Assembly (NCBI GenBank): GCA_018812245.1
Contig: JAHJDW010000155.1
Location: 2,458 to 66,457 of the forward strand
Origin: Bacteroidota bacterium
GTDB taxonomy: Bacteria > Bacteroidota > Bacteroidia > Bacteroidales > JAHJDW01
DNA: 64,000 nt
Reading direction: 5' to 3'
In this document: positions 40,882 through 50,964 of the stretch, piece by piece
Numbering within the stretch: position 1 is the first letter of the stretch
How the letters are laid out: the number at the start of each line of letters is the position of its first letter
Program-made: the position numbers and the translations under genes
The notes under the pieces: model-generated
What the model was told of the DNA's origin: nothing
The model's input: the letters and a program-made list of their open reading frames with translations, nothing else
The model's database searches: none

Positions 40882-41262
40882 ATGCCAGAAAAAATGGCCA
40901 TCCTCCCAGGCGAAAATGTTCCAAAAGTCATTCTTGACGCGGAAACCAGCCGGTTCGAGATTTCAGGTGTTTGTAATCCGCAGAATATTCGTGAGTTTTC
41001 AAATACGATTCTTTCCTGGCTTGATGAGTACAGCAAACAGCCTAATGGAAAAACAAATTTCGTCTTTAAGCTCGACTATTTCAATTTCCCCAGTTCCAAG
41101 TTGTTGTTAGACATCATGAGCAAACTGGAAAACCTGAACGAAATGGGAAACGAAGTGATTGTTTCATGGTGCTACAACAAAGAAGATGAGGACATGAAAG
41201 AAGCCGGCGACGAGTACGAAGGAATGGTCAACCTGCCTTTTGAAAAGATATGCATTAATTAA
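40882..41262 (+). CDS. SiaC family / DUF1987 protein
   Basis: PKVILD..ISG..P..LDYFN..SSK..W.Y..DEDMKEAGDEY. Confidence 0.8.
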   Translation: MPEKMAILPGENVPKVILDAETSRFEISGVCNPQNIREFSNTILSWLDEYSKQPNGKTNFVFKLDYFNFPSSKLLLDIMSKLENLNEMGNEVIVSWCYNKEDEDMKEAGDEYEGMVNLPFEKICIN

Positions 41263-41292
41263 TAGTTTTCTAAGTTTTCGGGTATAGGGAAA

Positions 41293-41316
41293 AAAGGTTT
41301 GCACTTGCAAACCTTT
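41293..41316. terminator. Hairpin, probable bidirectional terminator
   Basis: AAAGGTTTGCA-CT-TGCAAACCTTT between convergent genes. Confidence 0.7.
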
Positions 41317-41317
41317 A

Positions 41318-43084
41318 TTAATTTCTATATATCTTGTCGATCAGGTTTTTGTATTTCATCATAATATAGGGTCGTTTCAATTTAAGCGAAGGAGTTAGCT
41401 CTCCTGTTTTGATTGACCATTCTTCATCAATAATTTCGAAGCGCTTGATTTGCTCGGTATCGCCGAAGAACCGGTTGTAATAATCGATCTCGTCCTGCAT
41501 TTTCTTCTTGAAGTCTGGTGCTGACACCACTTCACTGACTTTCTTCGCCGGTGTCAATCCGTCGTCGATCCATGTTTTCAGAAATTCAAAGTTGGGGACA
41601 ATCAGAGCGGAGGGGTGCTTCTGGTTTTCACCAACAACCATTACCTGGCCAATAAGCGGCGACTCTCTGAATTTGTTTTCAAGTGTCTGCGGCGAAATAT
41701 ACTTTCCTGCCGAAGTTTTGAAAAGTGATTTTTTCCGGTCAGTAATTTTCAATTGACCCTGAATAGTAATAATTCCAATATCGCCAGTATGAAACCAGCC
41801 CTCCTGATCAATGACTTCGGCTGTCAATTGCGGTTCTTTGTAGTATCCCAGCATCACATTATCGCCTTTACACAAAATTTCGCCATCGTCAGCAATTCTC
41901 ACCAGCACACCTTTTATTGGCAGACCGACGGTTCCAAACTGAACTCCATTCTTTTCGAGGTTGCTTACTGCAATAACAGGCGATGTTTCGGTTAGCCCAT
42001 ATCCCTCAAGCACACGGAACCCGGCAGCCCAGAAAACTCTGGAAAGTCTTACCTGAAGAGCAGCACCTCCCGAAACAATAATATCGAGACGCCCGCCAAG
42101 AGCCTCCTGCCACTTGACAAAAACGAGTTTCCGCGCAATGAATAACTTAATAGCATACAACGGATTCCAACCTTGCCTTTCATACTTCAAACCTGTTTTC
42201 ACTGCCCAGTCGAATATCTTTCTTTTAAAACCTTTCAGTTTTCGACCATTCGACATAATTTTATCGAAAATACTTTCGAGTAACCGCGGAACAGTAGAAA
42301 TGATTTGAGGCTGAACCTCTTTCATGTTGTTGGCTATAGTACCCAGATTCTCAGCATAATAAATACAGTACCCATTATACTGATACATATAGTTCAGCAT
42401 CCTTTCATAAACATGGCAAAGTGGCAAAAAACTAAGAACGCGGGTCCCTTGACCATAAGGCGGGATACCGGAAGTTGCCGTGAAATTGCTGACCAGATTC
42501 TTATGCGAAAGCATCACTCCTTTCGGATTTCCGGTAGTGCCGCTGGTATAAATGATTGTAGCAAGATCGTTTTCTCCGGTATTTTGTCTGATTTTTCCAA
42601 TATTTTCTGATTGCGGGTTTTTCTTCCCATGCTCAATCAGCTCATTCAGGTGCTCAATCCCATTGAGATTTCGAAAAGTATAAACAGCCTGAACGGAAGG
42701 AATATTGGGTATGATATGTCTGATCCGGCGAAACATTTCCTCACCGGAAACAAAGACCAGCTTCACTTCTGCATGGTTCAGAATGTACTCATAATCGGAA
42801 TCGCTGATTGTAGGATATATTGGAACATGGATAGCCCCGATCTGCATCACCGCCATGTCGATAACATTCCATTCGGGACGGTTGTTGGCAATCGTAGCGA
42901 TTTTGTCGCCAGGTGCAATCCCCAGCGATAACAACCCGGCACTCAGGTTGTTGACATCATCAACGTATTCCTGCGCTGACCATGATTTCCATGTTTCATT
43001 CTCCTTGCCAGCCAATGCAGGCGAAAGATCCGGATACTCAACACTATACCTGTCGAGAAGCTCAAATATTCTGGTAACCTTCAT
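41318..43084 (-). CDS. fadD: Long-chain fatty acid--CoA ligase
   Basis: YTSGTTGNPKG, EGYGLTET, WFHTGDIG, LTPSLKLKR. Confidence 0.93.
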   Translation of the reverse strand: MKVTRIFELLDRYSVEYPDLSPALAGKENETWKSWSAQEYVDDVNNLSAGLLSLGIAPGDKIATIANNRPEWNVIDMAVMQIGAIHVPIYPTISDSDYEYILNHAEVKLVFVSGEEMFRRIRHIIPNIPSVQAVYTFRNLNGIEHLNELIEHGKKNPQSENIGKIRQNTGENDLATIIYTSGTTGNPKGVMLSHKNLVSNFTATSGIPPYGQGTRVLSFLPLCHVYERMLNYMYQYNGYCIYYAENLGTIANNMKEVQPQIISTVPRLLESIFDKIMSNGRKLKGFKRKIFDWAVKTGLKYERQGWNPLYAIKLFIARKLVFVKWQEALGGRLDIIVSGGAALQVRLSRVFWAAGFRVLEGYGLTETSPVIAVSNLEKNGVQFGTVGLPIKGVLVRIADDGEILCKGDNVMLGYYKEPQLTAEVIDQEGWFHTGDIGIITIQGQLKITDRKKSLFKTSAGKYISPQTLENKFRESPLIGQVMVVGENQKHPSALIVPNFEFLKTWIDDGLTPAKKVSEVVSAPDFKKKMQDEIDYYNRFFGDTEQIKRFEIIDEEWSIKTGELTPSLKLKRPYIMMKYKNLIDKIYRN

Positions 43085-43176
43085 TTGTCAGCCTGACGGA
43101 TTTTTTTTCAAACCCGACGATTTTTTTACAAAAATACACATTATTATAATGTATCACTACTGACCGGATAAAAAAA

Positions 43177-43205
43177 GAGATTCTTCGCTAACGCTCAGAA
43201 TGACA
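43177..43205. repeat. REP-like hairpin
   Basis: GAGATTCTTCGCTAACGCTCAGAATGACA. Confidence 0.55.
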
Positions 43206-43406
43206 AGCATCTACGTGACTAATGGAGTGATGTGAAAATGATCCGGATTTATGCCCGGTTGCTGGATAAAAAGGTGGGGCAGGATATGAGTAAGTTGTGT
43301 GAGAAGTAATTGCGGACAAAAAAAAAGAGCGAAAAAAAAGAAAGGCTGACGGGATATCAGTGGGTTTTGCTACAGTTTTTTTGAGTGCATAGGTGGAGGT
43401 CCTGAT

Positions 43407-43613
43407 TCATAAAGCTCGCCCTTCCCTGACAATTGATCGGACAATATGTCCACTGAGCTTTCTTTTTGATTCAACTTCTTGCTCACTTTGCACTAAAACA
43501 TCCGACAAAATGTCTATCCCAAGCAATAACTTTCTGATTGTTGTGCGAAAACTTAATTTCTGGTTGGGAGTCAAGGTTTGTGTTGTTACAACCAAAATAT
43601 CATAATCGCTCAA
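43407..43613 (-). pseudogene. Minimal nucleotidyltransferase (MNT) fragment
   Basis: SDYDILVV..DVLVQSEQEVE..GHIVRSIVREG; N-terminal FGS motif missing. Confidence 0.6.
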
Positions 43614-43719
43614 TCAGCCGGGTGGGCAGAAATCTGATCGAACTGCGATAAGTCATTTTCTACTTGTTTTGTTTGGTCGAATAACTACTTTTGTAAACGA
43701 TTTTTGAACGAAAGGTGCT

Positions 43720-44955
43720 ATGTCAGAGAAACTGAATACGATCGAAGAGGCAATTGAAGATATCCGCAACGGTAAGGTCATCATTGTTGTAGATGATGAA
43801 AACAGGGAGAACGAGGGCGATTTTGTTGCTGCGGCGGAAAATATCAGCACGGCCACTGTGAATTTCATGGCAAAAGAAGGCAGAGGATTAATTTGTGCGG
43901 CTGTTACCCGACGCAGGGCCAAAGAACTCGACCTTGATATGATGGTGAGCAAAAACACCTCAAATCATGAGACTGCCTTTACGGTTTCAGTTGACCTGAA
44001 AGGGAAGGGCTGTACTACAGGAATATCGGCATCAGACCGCGCGCTGACGATACTTGCACTCGCAGATTTTGGCACCAAGCCTGAAGATCTGGCGCGTCCG
44101 GGTCATATTTTCCCGCTGAAAGCACGAAAAGGCGGAGTGCTGAAACGCGCCGGACATACCGAGGCCACTGTTGATCTTGCACGACTTGCCGGACTGAAAC
44201 CGGTTGGTGCCCTTGTTGAGATCATGAACGAAGATGGAACAATGGCACGACTTCCCCAGCTTTTCGAAATCGCAAAAAAATTCGACCTGAAGATTGTTTC
44301 TATCGAAGACCTGATCGCTTACCGAGTAAAGCACGACAGCCTGATTACGCGCGAAATCGAAACCAATATTCCCACTGCTTTTGGGACTTTCAAACTGATC
44401 GCATACAAAGACAAAACCAACAACCTTGAGCATATAGCCATGGTCAAAGGCAAGTGGAAAAAGGGAGATCCTGTGCTTGTGCGCGTTCACTCCTCTTGCA
44501 TTACCGGCGATATATTTGGCTCATGCAAATGCGATTGCGGACCTCAACTTCATACCGCTCTCGAAATGGTTGAAAAAGAAGGGAAAGGCGTAGTTGTTTA
44601 CATGAATCAGGAAGGGCGCGGAATTGGTTTGCTCAATAAGCTCAGAGCGTACAATCTGCAGGATCAGGGGCTGGATACCTGCGAAGCCAACCTGAAACTT
44701 GGCTTTAAGGAAGATGAACGCGACTATGGAATTGGTGCACAGATTCTTCGCGATCTGAAAGCGACAAAAATCCGCCTGATGACAAATAATCCCAAGAAAA
44801 TGGCGGGACTGATGGGCTATGGTATCGAGATTGTTGAAAATATTCCGATTGTTATCACACCAAATCAGCACAATAAATTCTACCTCGAAACCAAGCGCGA
44901 CAAAATGGGGCACCTGATGCCGGCATCAACCAAGGTTGATGAGAACAAATGCTGA
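43720..44955 (+). CDS. ribBA: Bifunctional DHBP synthase / GTP cyclohydrolase II
   Basis: [41 protein letters not shown]. Confidence 0.97.
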   Translation: MSEKLNTIEEAIEDIRNGKVIIVVDDENRENEGDFVAAAENISTATVNFMAKEGRGLICAAVTRRRAKELDLDMMVSKNTSNHETAFTVSVDLKGKGCTTGISASDRALTILALADFGTKPEDLARPGHIFPLKARKGGVLKRAGHTEATVDLARLAGLKPVGALVEIMNEDGTMARLPQLFEIAKKFDLKIVSIEDLIAYRVKHDSLITREIETNIPTAFGTFKLIAYKDKTNNLEHIAMVKGKWKKGDPVLVRVHSSCITGDIFGSCKCDCGPQLHTALEMVEKEGKGVVVYMNQEGRGIGLLNKLRAYNLQDQGLDTCEANLKLGFKEDERDYGIGAQILRDLKATKIRLMTNNPKKMAGLMGYGIEIVENIPIVITPNQHNKFYLETKRDKMGHLMPASTKVDENKC

Positions 44956-44963
44956 GAGATATG

Positions 44964-45545
44964 CTATTTGCTATTAAGCGCAACCTGCCTTCCGGCATTT
45001 AGCGCTTTGATATTCAGCGCAACCACAGCGTCGCCTTTCTTGCCAAAAAGTTTTGCAACCGCAGCTTCCAGTCGTTCGAACGGGATGCAAAGAAACGGAG
45101 AGGCAGCGCCCAGCACAACCATATTTGCTGATTTTGCCGACTCAAGCTCTTTCGCCATCGTGTCGCAATCGAGCATCACGTAATGAGGCTGCTGCTGGAC
45201 AATATCCAGTACTTTACCAATTTCCGGGTAATTTGGAATGTTGACAAATGGAGTTGTGTTGGTAATTACGTATCCATCGGGCGAAAGCCACGGCAGATAA
45301 CGCAGCGATTCCATGGGTTCAACGCTGATAATCATATCAGCACAGCCTTTTGGAATCAGGTCTGATGCGATTTCTTCGTCCGAGATACGGAGATGAGATT
45401 GAACATCGCCTCCCCGCTGACTCATTCCGTGAACTTCAGCCTGTTTGAGATGCATTCCCATATCAACAGCGGCAAGCCCAATAATTGCAGCAATGGAAAG
45501 AATTCCCTGACCACCTACTCCGGCAAGTATTATATCGTTTTTCAT
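44964..45545 (-). CDS. iorB: Indolepyruvate:ferredoxin oxidoreductase beta subunit
   Basis: GVGGQG, EVHGMSQRGG. Confidence 0.93.
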   Translation of the reverse strand: MKNDIILAGVGGQGILSIAAIIGLAAVDMGMHLKQAEVHGMSQRGGDVQSHLRISDEEIASDLIPKGCADMIISVEPMESLRYLPWLSPDGYVITNTTPFVNIPNYPEIGKVLDIVQQQPHYVMLDCDTMAKELESAKSANMVVLGAASPFLCIPFERLEAAVAKLFGKKGDAVVALNIKALNAGRQVALNSK

Positions 45546-45563
45546 TGTTTCTCGATTTTTTTG

Positions 45564-47180
45564 TTAGTTACCCTTTTCCTTGTTCTTGAATTTTGCGCGC
45601 ATTTTGCGGTTCAAAGTCTGAATGCATTCCCTTCGTGGAATAATTACGGAAACTCCTCTGTATTCCAGTTCCCGCGCAATCACTTCCAGATTGGCTTCGT
45701 GCTGCTTTGGTAAGGGTTTAAGTACATGAATATGATCTTCTTCAACGCCCAATCCCCTGCAAATGGCTTCAATCCGACCCTCGGCATGTGATGCCTGCCC
45801 GCCGGTCATACCAGTAGTTAAATTATCAAGAATGAGAACTGTAATCGGCGATTTGTCAACAACCGCATCAAGCAGAGAGGTGATTCCGGAATGAGTAAAT
45901 GTGCTATCACCAATCACAGCCACTGATGGGAAAAGTCCGGCATCGGCAGCGCCCTTTGCCATGGTAATTGAAGCGCCCATATCAACGCACGAATTGATTG
46001 CATTGTAGGGCGGCAGAGCACCAAGTGTATAACATCCGATATCGGAGAAAACCCGACCCGGGCTATATTTTGCAATTGCCTGATTTAGTGCATTGTAAGT
46101 GTCGATGTGCGGGCAACCCCTGCAAAGAGACGGAGGGCGCGATGCAACAATTTCAGGAACCGGAGCACCTTCGGTATTTGGCAAACCGAGTGCAACAGCC
46201 ACAATATTCGGGTTCAGTTCACCATCGCGGGGCAATGTACCATCGAGTCGCCCTTTGATATGAAGCCCTTTTGAAAGGTATCCCTTCAGTTGCTCTTCAA
46301 CCAGTGGTTGTCCTTCTTCAAGCACAAGTATGGTTTCACATTCGTTAAATAGTTTTTCGATCATCGGTCGGGGAAGAGGATATTGACTGATTTTCAGAAC
46401 CGGATGAGGCACCTTGCGATCTGCAAAATTTTCCATCAGATAATTGTACGCCAAACCACATGCAACGATTCCGAGTTTTTTGTCGGCAGCATCAGTGTAT
46501 GTGTTATATCCTGATTCGATGCTTTCCTGTTCCAGACCTGCCTGCTTTTTCAAAAGATCTTTATACTGCTTGCGAGCATTAGCCGGCAGAAGCACAAACT
46601 GGCGTGGATTTTCCGGTAACGAAATCTGGTTTTCCGCATTTACTTCCCTGCGCTGTACCCCTGCCCTGCTGTGTGCCAGGCGTGTAGTGATACGCAACAT
46701 CACCGGAACGCGGTATTTTTCAGATAAATCGAATCCATATCTGGTCATATCATAAGCTTCCTGCTGATTGCCCGGTTCAAGTGTGGGGATAAACGCAAAT
46801 TTCGAAAAAAACCGGCTGTCCTGCTCATCCTGCGAACTGTGCATCGATGGATCGTCGGCGGCTACAACTACGAGTCCGCCATTAGCCCCGGTGATTGCAG
46901 AATTGATGAATGGGTCGGCAGCCACATTCAGCCCTACGTGCTTCATGGCAGCCAGTGCGCGCTTTCCTGAATACGACATTCCCAAAGCACCTTCAAGTGC
47001 GGTTTTTTCATTCGCCGACCAGGTGCAGTGAAGGTTTTTTTCGCGTGCTTCTTTCGAGTGTTGCACATACTCTGTAATTTCGGTGGAAGGTGTACCCGGG
47101 TACGCGTAAACTCCTGAAATACCCGCATCTAACGCTCCCTGCGCTATGGCTTCGTCTCCTAATAACAATTGCTTTTGCAT
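45564..47180 (-). CDS. iorA: Indolepyruvate:ferredoxin oxidoreductase alpha subunit
   Basis: YPGTPSTEI, MKHVGLNVAADP, LCRGCPH, DIGCY, GDSTF. Confidence 0.93.
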   Translation of the reverse strand: MQKQLLLGDEAIAQGALDAGISGVYAYPGTPSTEITEYVQHSKEAREKNLHCTWSANEKTALEGALGMSYSGKRALAAMKHVGLNVAADPFINSAITGANGGLVVVAADDPSMHSSQDEQDSRFFSKFAFIPTLEPGNQQEAYDMTRYGFDLSEKYRVPVMLRITTRLAHSRAGVQRREVNAENQISLPENPRQFVLLPANARKQYKDLLKKQAGLEQESIESGYNTYTDAADKKLGIVACGLAYNYLMENFADRKVPHPVLKISQYPLPRPMIEKLFNECETILVLEEGQPLVEEQLKGYLSKGLHIKGRLDGTLPRDGELNPNIVAVALGLPNTEGAPVPEIVASRPPSLCRGCPHIDTYNALNQAIAKYSPGRVFSDIGCYTLGALPPYNAINSCVDMGASITMAKGAADAGLFPSVAVIGDSTFTHSGITSLLDAVVDKSPITVLILDNLTTGMTGGQASHAEGRIEAICRGLGVEEDHIHVLKPLPKQHEANLEVIARELEYRGVSVIIPRRECIQTLNRKMRAKFKNKEKGN

Positions 47181-47287
47181 ATTAAAATTTCTTTTTTTTA
47201 GTAATCTCTTAGTTGGTTTACAAATCTAAAATAAATATTTGAGTTACCAAGCCTGATCTAACTTTTTGAGGGGCATTTTCTTCATTT

Positions 47288-47313
47288 GGTCATCGAGCGT
47301 AGCCGGGATGACC
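47288..47313. repeat. REP-like hairpin at the 3' end of the NERD gene
   Basis: GGTCATCGAGCGTAGCCGGGATGACC. Confidence 0.55.
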
Positions 47314-47314
47314 G

Positions 47315-49081
47315 CTACGAGTAGTTCGCAATTGGTACAATCACGTACAGCCTTGACTTGGCGCGTGAGCATCCAATAAACAACTGATACATGGTGTCGA
47401 TTTTCTGATTTTGCAGATCATCGGCTACCACAATCGCCACTTCGCGTTCGAGTCCTTTGAATTTCAGGGCTGTGGTGAATTTTATCCGCGGGTCTGCCAC
47501 CATCAGGTTCTCGTTGGTGAGTTTCAGGAATTCGCCTTCGGGAAGTCTATTGTCCATCGGCTTTTCCAGATGTTCGTTGCCGCTTAGCAGGTTTGATGTG
47601 AATAGTAACACAATTTCTTCTGATGAAATGTCTGTTGTATCTTTGATTTCCCTGATAGTTTGCCTGATTAGCGCTGAAAGCCGGTCGAAGTCGTTGAACT
47701 GCAATATAACCACATCGTCGCCGTAATCAACTTCTGCGTTGAACGAGCCCTGAACCAACGAATTGATAAACTCGCTGATGCCATGACCCGCAATGGCACG
47801 ATAGGAATCGAACAAGTGATATATGGCAGCGTGGTGCTTGAGCAGCGAAAGTGTATTCTCGTAGCGTTGGCGGTTGATCCCGGAGTTGAATGCCTGCATG
47901 CCATCGTAAAACACAATGTAATCGCCATACAGCGTTCCATTTTCCCCGCCAGCCAAAAGGAATTCAATCAGCAGTTCAATGCCCATGTCAAACATATCCT
48001 GGGCTTCATCAAACACGAGGAAGTCGTATTCAGGAAGCTTGTGCTCCTTGAGCAAATGACCCAAAGCGGCTTCCAGAATTTCCCACGATTTTTCGAGGTC
48101 GGTGTAGCTGAATACGCCCTTGTTTGTGCCCGACTCCTCTACCATTTGCCTGATGAGACCGAACAGAGGCACCGACTGCACTTTATCGGCAAAGCCCAGA
48201 TCGGCAAACTGTTGCTGCATTGAGGCTGCCAGCAACTCGTTCCAGCATATATACAGCCCCTTTTCGTTCTCAGCAATCTTTTCTTCGATGAATTTTCGGG
48301 CGTATTTCGATTTCCCGCTACCGGGAGGTCCCTGAATCAGCAGGCGTTTGTTTTCGCTCAGACCGGAGAGCATGCGCATATTGTCTGCTGCCCGTCGTCC
48401 GGCTTCCTGCTTGTTGAGCTTCATCTGCGTTGAAAGCTCTCCCGATTTTGCGCGAGGTTCGATCATTTCGAGAACTTCTGCCAATTCCTCATTACTCATT
48501 GCCGGAAACCACTTATCAATTTCGTGGTGCTGATCTTTGGGCTTTTTGTTCTTGATGGACTCAATAATCCTGTGGCGGGCGTATTCCAATTGGTAAACCA
48601 GAAAATCGCGAAACGATCCTTCGGTCGAGAGCGACCAGTAGTTTTGGTGGCCGGTGGACGTAATCTTAATGTCGCTTTCCGGAAACACCACCGCGCAGCA
48701 GGTGAGCAGATGTCGCTTTCCTTTTTCCCCGAAAATTCGCTGCAAAGTGGTCGCATTGTCTTCCGCCTGATCAAAAGGGTGAATGGTGCGCGAGTGCAGG
48801 TTATGCCTCGATTTTCGTTGCACAAAGCTGCCGTTTTCATAAGCAATTTGTCCGCCTTTCACCTCCAGCACCATGATGCCGCGCTTGTTGATCAGCACAA
48901 AATCGCATTCTCCTTCTTTCTGTGAAATATGTTTGTCGAGCAGCAAGCTGTGAATGATGTACCACTCGTCGTTATCGTAGTGAATCACCTGATCAAACAA
49001 TCGGTCAACCATACTCTCTCCCCGATTGGTAATATTGTGCGGAAGGTAACGGCGGGGGGCGATGGAATTGTGCTGTGTCAT
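47315..49081 (-). CDS. NERD nuclease fused to SF1/UvrD-like helicase
   Basis: GE..ECDFV..LEVKGG..PFDQA (NERD); GPPGSGKS, DEAQD, KFKGLE, SRAK; start reassigned to ATG 49081. Confidence 0.85.
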   Translation of the reverse strand: MTQHNSIAPRRYLPHNITNRGESMVDRLFDQVIHYDNDEWYIIHSLLLDKHISQKEGECDFVLINKRGIMVLEVKGGQIAYENGSFVQRKSRHNLHSRTIHPFDQAEDNATTLQRIFGEKGKRHLLTCCAVVFPESDIKITSTGHQNYWSLSTEGSFRDFLVYQLEYARHRIIESIKNKKPKDQHHEIDKWFPAMSNEELAEVLEMIEPRAKSGELSTQMKLNKQEAGRRAADNMRMLSGLSENKRLLIQGPPGSGKSKYARKFIEEKIAENEKGLYICWNELLAASMQQQFADLGFADKVQSVPLFGLIRQMVEESGTNKGVFSYTDLEKSWEILEAALGHLLKEHKLPEYDFLVFDEAQDMFDMGIELLIEFLLAGGENGTLYGDYIVFYDGMQAFNSGINRQRYENTLSLLKHHAAIYHLFDSYRAIAGHGISEFINSLVQGSFNAEVDYGDDVVILQFNDFDRLSALIRQTIREIKDTTDISSEEIVLLFTSNLLSGNEHLEKPMDNRLPEGEFLKLTNENLMVADPRIKFTTALKFKGLEREVAIVVADDLQNQKIDTMYQLFIGCSRAKSRLYVIVPIANYS

Positions 49082-49223
49082 AAGGTAGAATTTGTGATAC
49101 GAAGATAGGGAAAAATGCTGGAGAGGGTTGCAGTAAAAATTTGTGAATAAATTCAATGCCTCATGCAATAAGTGGATATGATTTTTTGATATCTTTGAAT
49201 TAACCTTTATCAGAATTTAGGAA

Positions 49224-50111
49224 ATGGAAATATTGGGAGATTTAAAACATAAAATTATTCATGGAGACGCATTGGAGGCGCTTAACACGCTGCCTGATAA
49301 TTCAGTTGACTTAATTTTTGCAGACCCACCATATAACATCGGAAAGAACTTTAATGGACACATTGAAAAATGGAAAACAGAAGAATCGTATTTAGAGTGG
49401 TGCTGCGTGTGGCTTGACTTATGTGTTAAAAAGCTGAAGCCGAATGGGAGTTTTTATGTAATGACGGCGACGCAATTCATGCCCTATTTTGATGTTTTTC
49501 TTCGTAAAAAATTGGATATCCTTTCCCGACTTGTATGGTATTACGATAGCTCAGGAGTCCAGGCAAAAAAATACTACGGTTCAATGTATGAGCCAATTCT
49601 ATTTTGTGTAAAAGATAAAGCGGACTATACATTCAATACTAGCGATATTTTAGTAGAAGCAAAAACAGGGGCTAAACGAAAACTCATTGATTATCGAAAA
49701 GCCGTTCCTACTGTTTATAATTCTGAAAAAGTTCCAGGAAATGTATGGGAATTTGCTAGGGTCAGATACCGCATGGACGAGTACGAAAACCATCCTACGC
49801 AAAAACCAATCGCATTATTAGAACGAATTGTCAAAGCAAGCTCAAATGTTGGGGATATGGTGATGGATCCTTTTTCAGGAACCTTCACAACTTGTTTTGT
49901 TGCAAAGGAACTTGGCAGGAGTTCAATTGGAATTGAAATTCAGGATGAGTATGTGAAAATTGGGTTACGTAGGTTAAAATTAGCCAAAGAGTTCAATGGC
50001 GAGAAATTGCAGAAAGAAATACGGACGTTTGAAACAGAAAAGTTAGCAGCGGCACAAACCTTAAAACTATTCGAGGAATCCAATGGAGAATATTTTCACA
50101 ATAAACATTAA
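49224..50111 (+). CDS. Beta-class N6-adenine DNA methyltransferase, YhdJ-like
   Basis: DPPY, RVRYRMDEYENHPTQKP, DPFSGTFTT. Confidence 0.9.
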   Translation: MEILGDLKHKIIHGDALEALNTLPDNSVDLIFADPPYNIGKNFNGHIEKWKTEESYLEWCCVWLDLCVKKLKPNGSFYVMTATQFMPYFDVFLRKKLDILSRLVWYYDSSGVQAKKYYGSMYEPILFCVKDKADYTFNTSDILVEAKTGAKRKLIDYRKAVPTVYNSEKVPGNVWEFARVRYRMDEYENHPTQKPIALLERIVKASSNVGDMVMDPFSGTFTTCFVAKELGRSSIGIEIQDEYVKIGLRRLKLAKEFNGEKLQKEIRTFETEKLAAAQTLKLFEESNGEYFHNKH

Positions 50112-50538
50112 ATCGGTTTTAGAAAAACACTTTGGCAAAAAAGCGGATGATATTTTCGACAAAAGTCAACTTATTCAATACATAAACGAAAAGACCCGTT
50201 CAGCCAATAAGGGGTCAAAATCTCGTTCAAGCTTTGCTAACCTCTATGCCATCTATGTCATAATTGAAGATTATATTGAGAATGGGTACAACAAGAAAGG
50301 AAATTATTCGAATTATGAAGGCGCTTTTTTCAATAAGCTATTTGCAAGACAAAGAGAGCTTCCATTTGGAAGTAGACTTCAAAATCACGCATTAAATAAC
50401 AGGATGAATTCTGAGTTTCAGAAATATTTTCCAAGTTCGGAGTTTATTCCAATTCTACGAAACCACGAAACAAATCGGTATTGGATAAATGAAAACCTTC
50501 TGAAAATTAAAATTGGCAAGTCCAATTTCAACATTGCC
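50083..50538 (+). pseudogene. N-terminal part of a probable type II restriction endonuclease
   Basis: Overlaps the methylase; KSRSSFANLYAIY..ELPFGSRLQNHALN. Sequence switches abruptly to Bro-N at ~50538. REase identity is inferred from recall and context. Confidence 0.55.
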
Positions 50539-50956
50539 ATTAAGTTATTCAACGAGAAACAAATACGAACTCATTGGGACGAAGAACAAGAAAAATGGTA
50601 TTTTTCAATTGTAGACATCGTCGGAGTGCTAACCGAAAGCAATAACCCAAACAATTATTGGAAAGTTCTGAAAAGCAGACTGAAGAAGGAAGGAAGCCAG
50701 TTGGTTACAATTTGTAACCAACTGAAAATGATTTCAACCGATGGTAAATATTATTTGACGGATGTAGCTGATACAGAGCAATTATTTCGCCTGATACAAA
50801 GTATTCCCTCTCCAAAGGCTGAGCCGTTAAAAAGGCGGGAATGTGGCTAAAGCAGCCCGGGTGCAATTGGAAAAAACAACAGGGAAAAAAGTTGTTACGA
50901 AGTTGAACGCCCGAAAACTTGATAATCTGAGCCTGAAGACGAATACGGATGAATAG
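50539..50956 (+). pseudogene. Bro-N family protein, internally deleted
   Basis: IKLFNEKQIRTHWDEEQEKWYFSIVD..LIQSIPSPKAEP; in another frame from ~50831 KGGNVAKAARVQLEKTTGKKVVT (family C-terminus) to TAG. Confidence 0.75.
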
Positions 50957-50964
50957 ACACTTCA

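Noticed and set aside
43200-43719. FMN riboswitch upstream of ribBA
   Set aside because: No RFN core motifs (GGGCAGGGTGAAATTCCC, AGTCTGGATG); the space holds an MNT remnant
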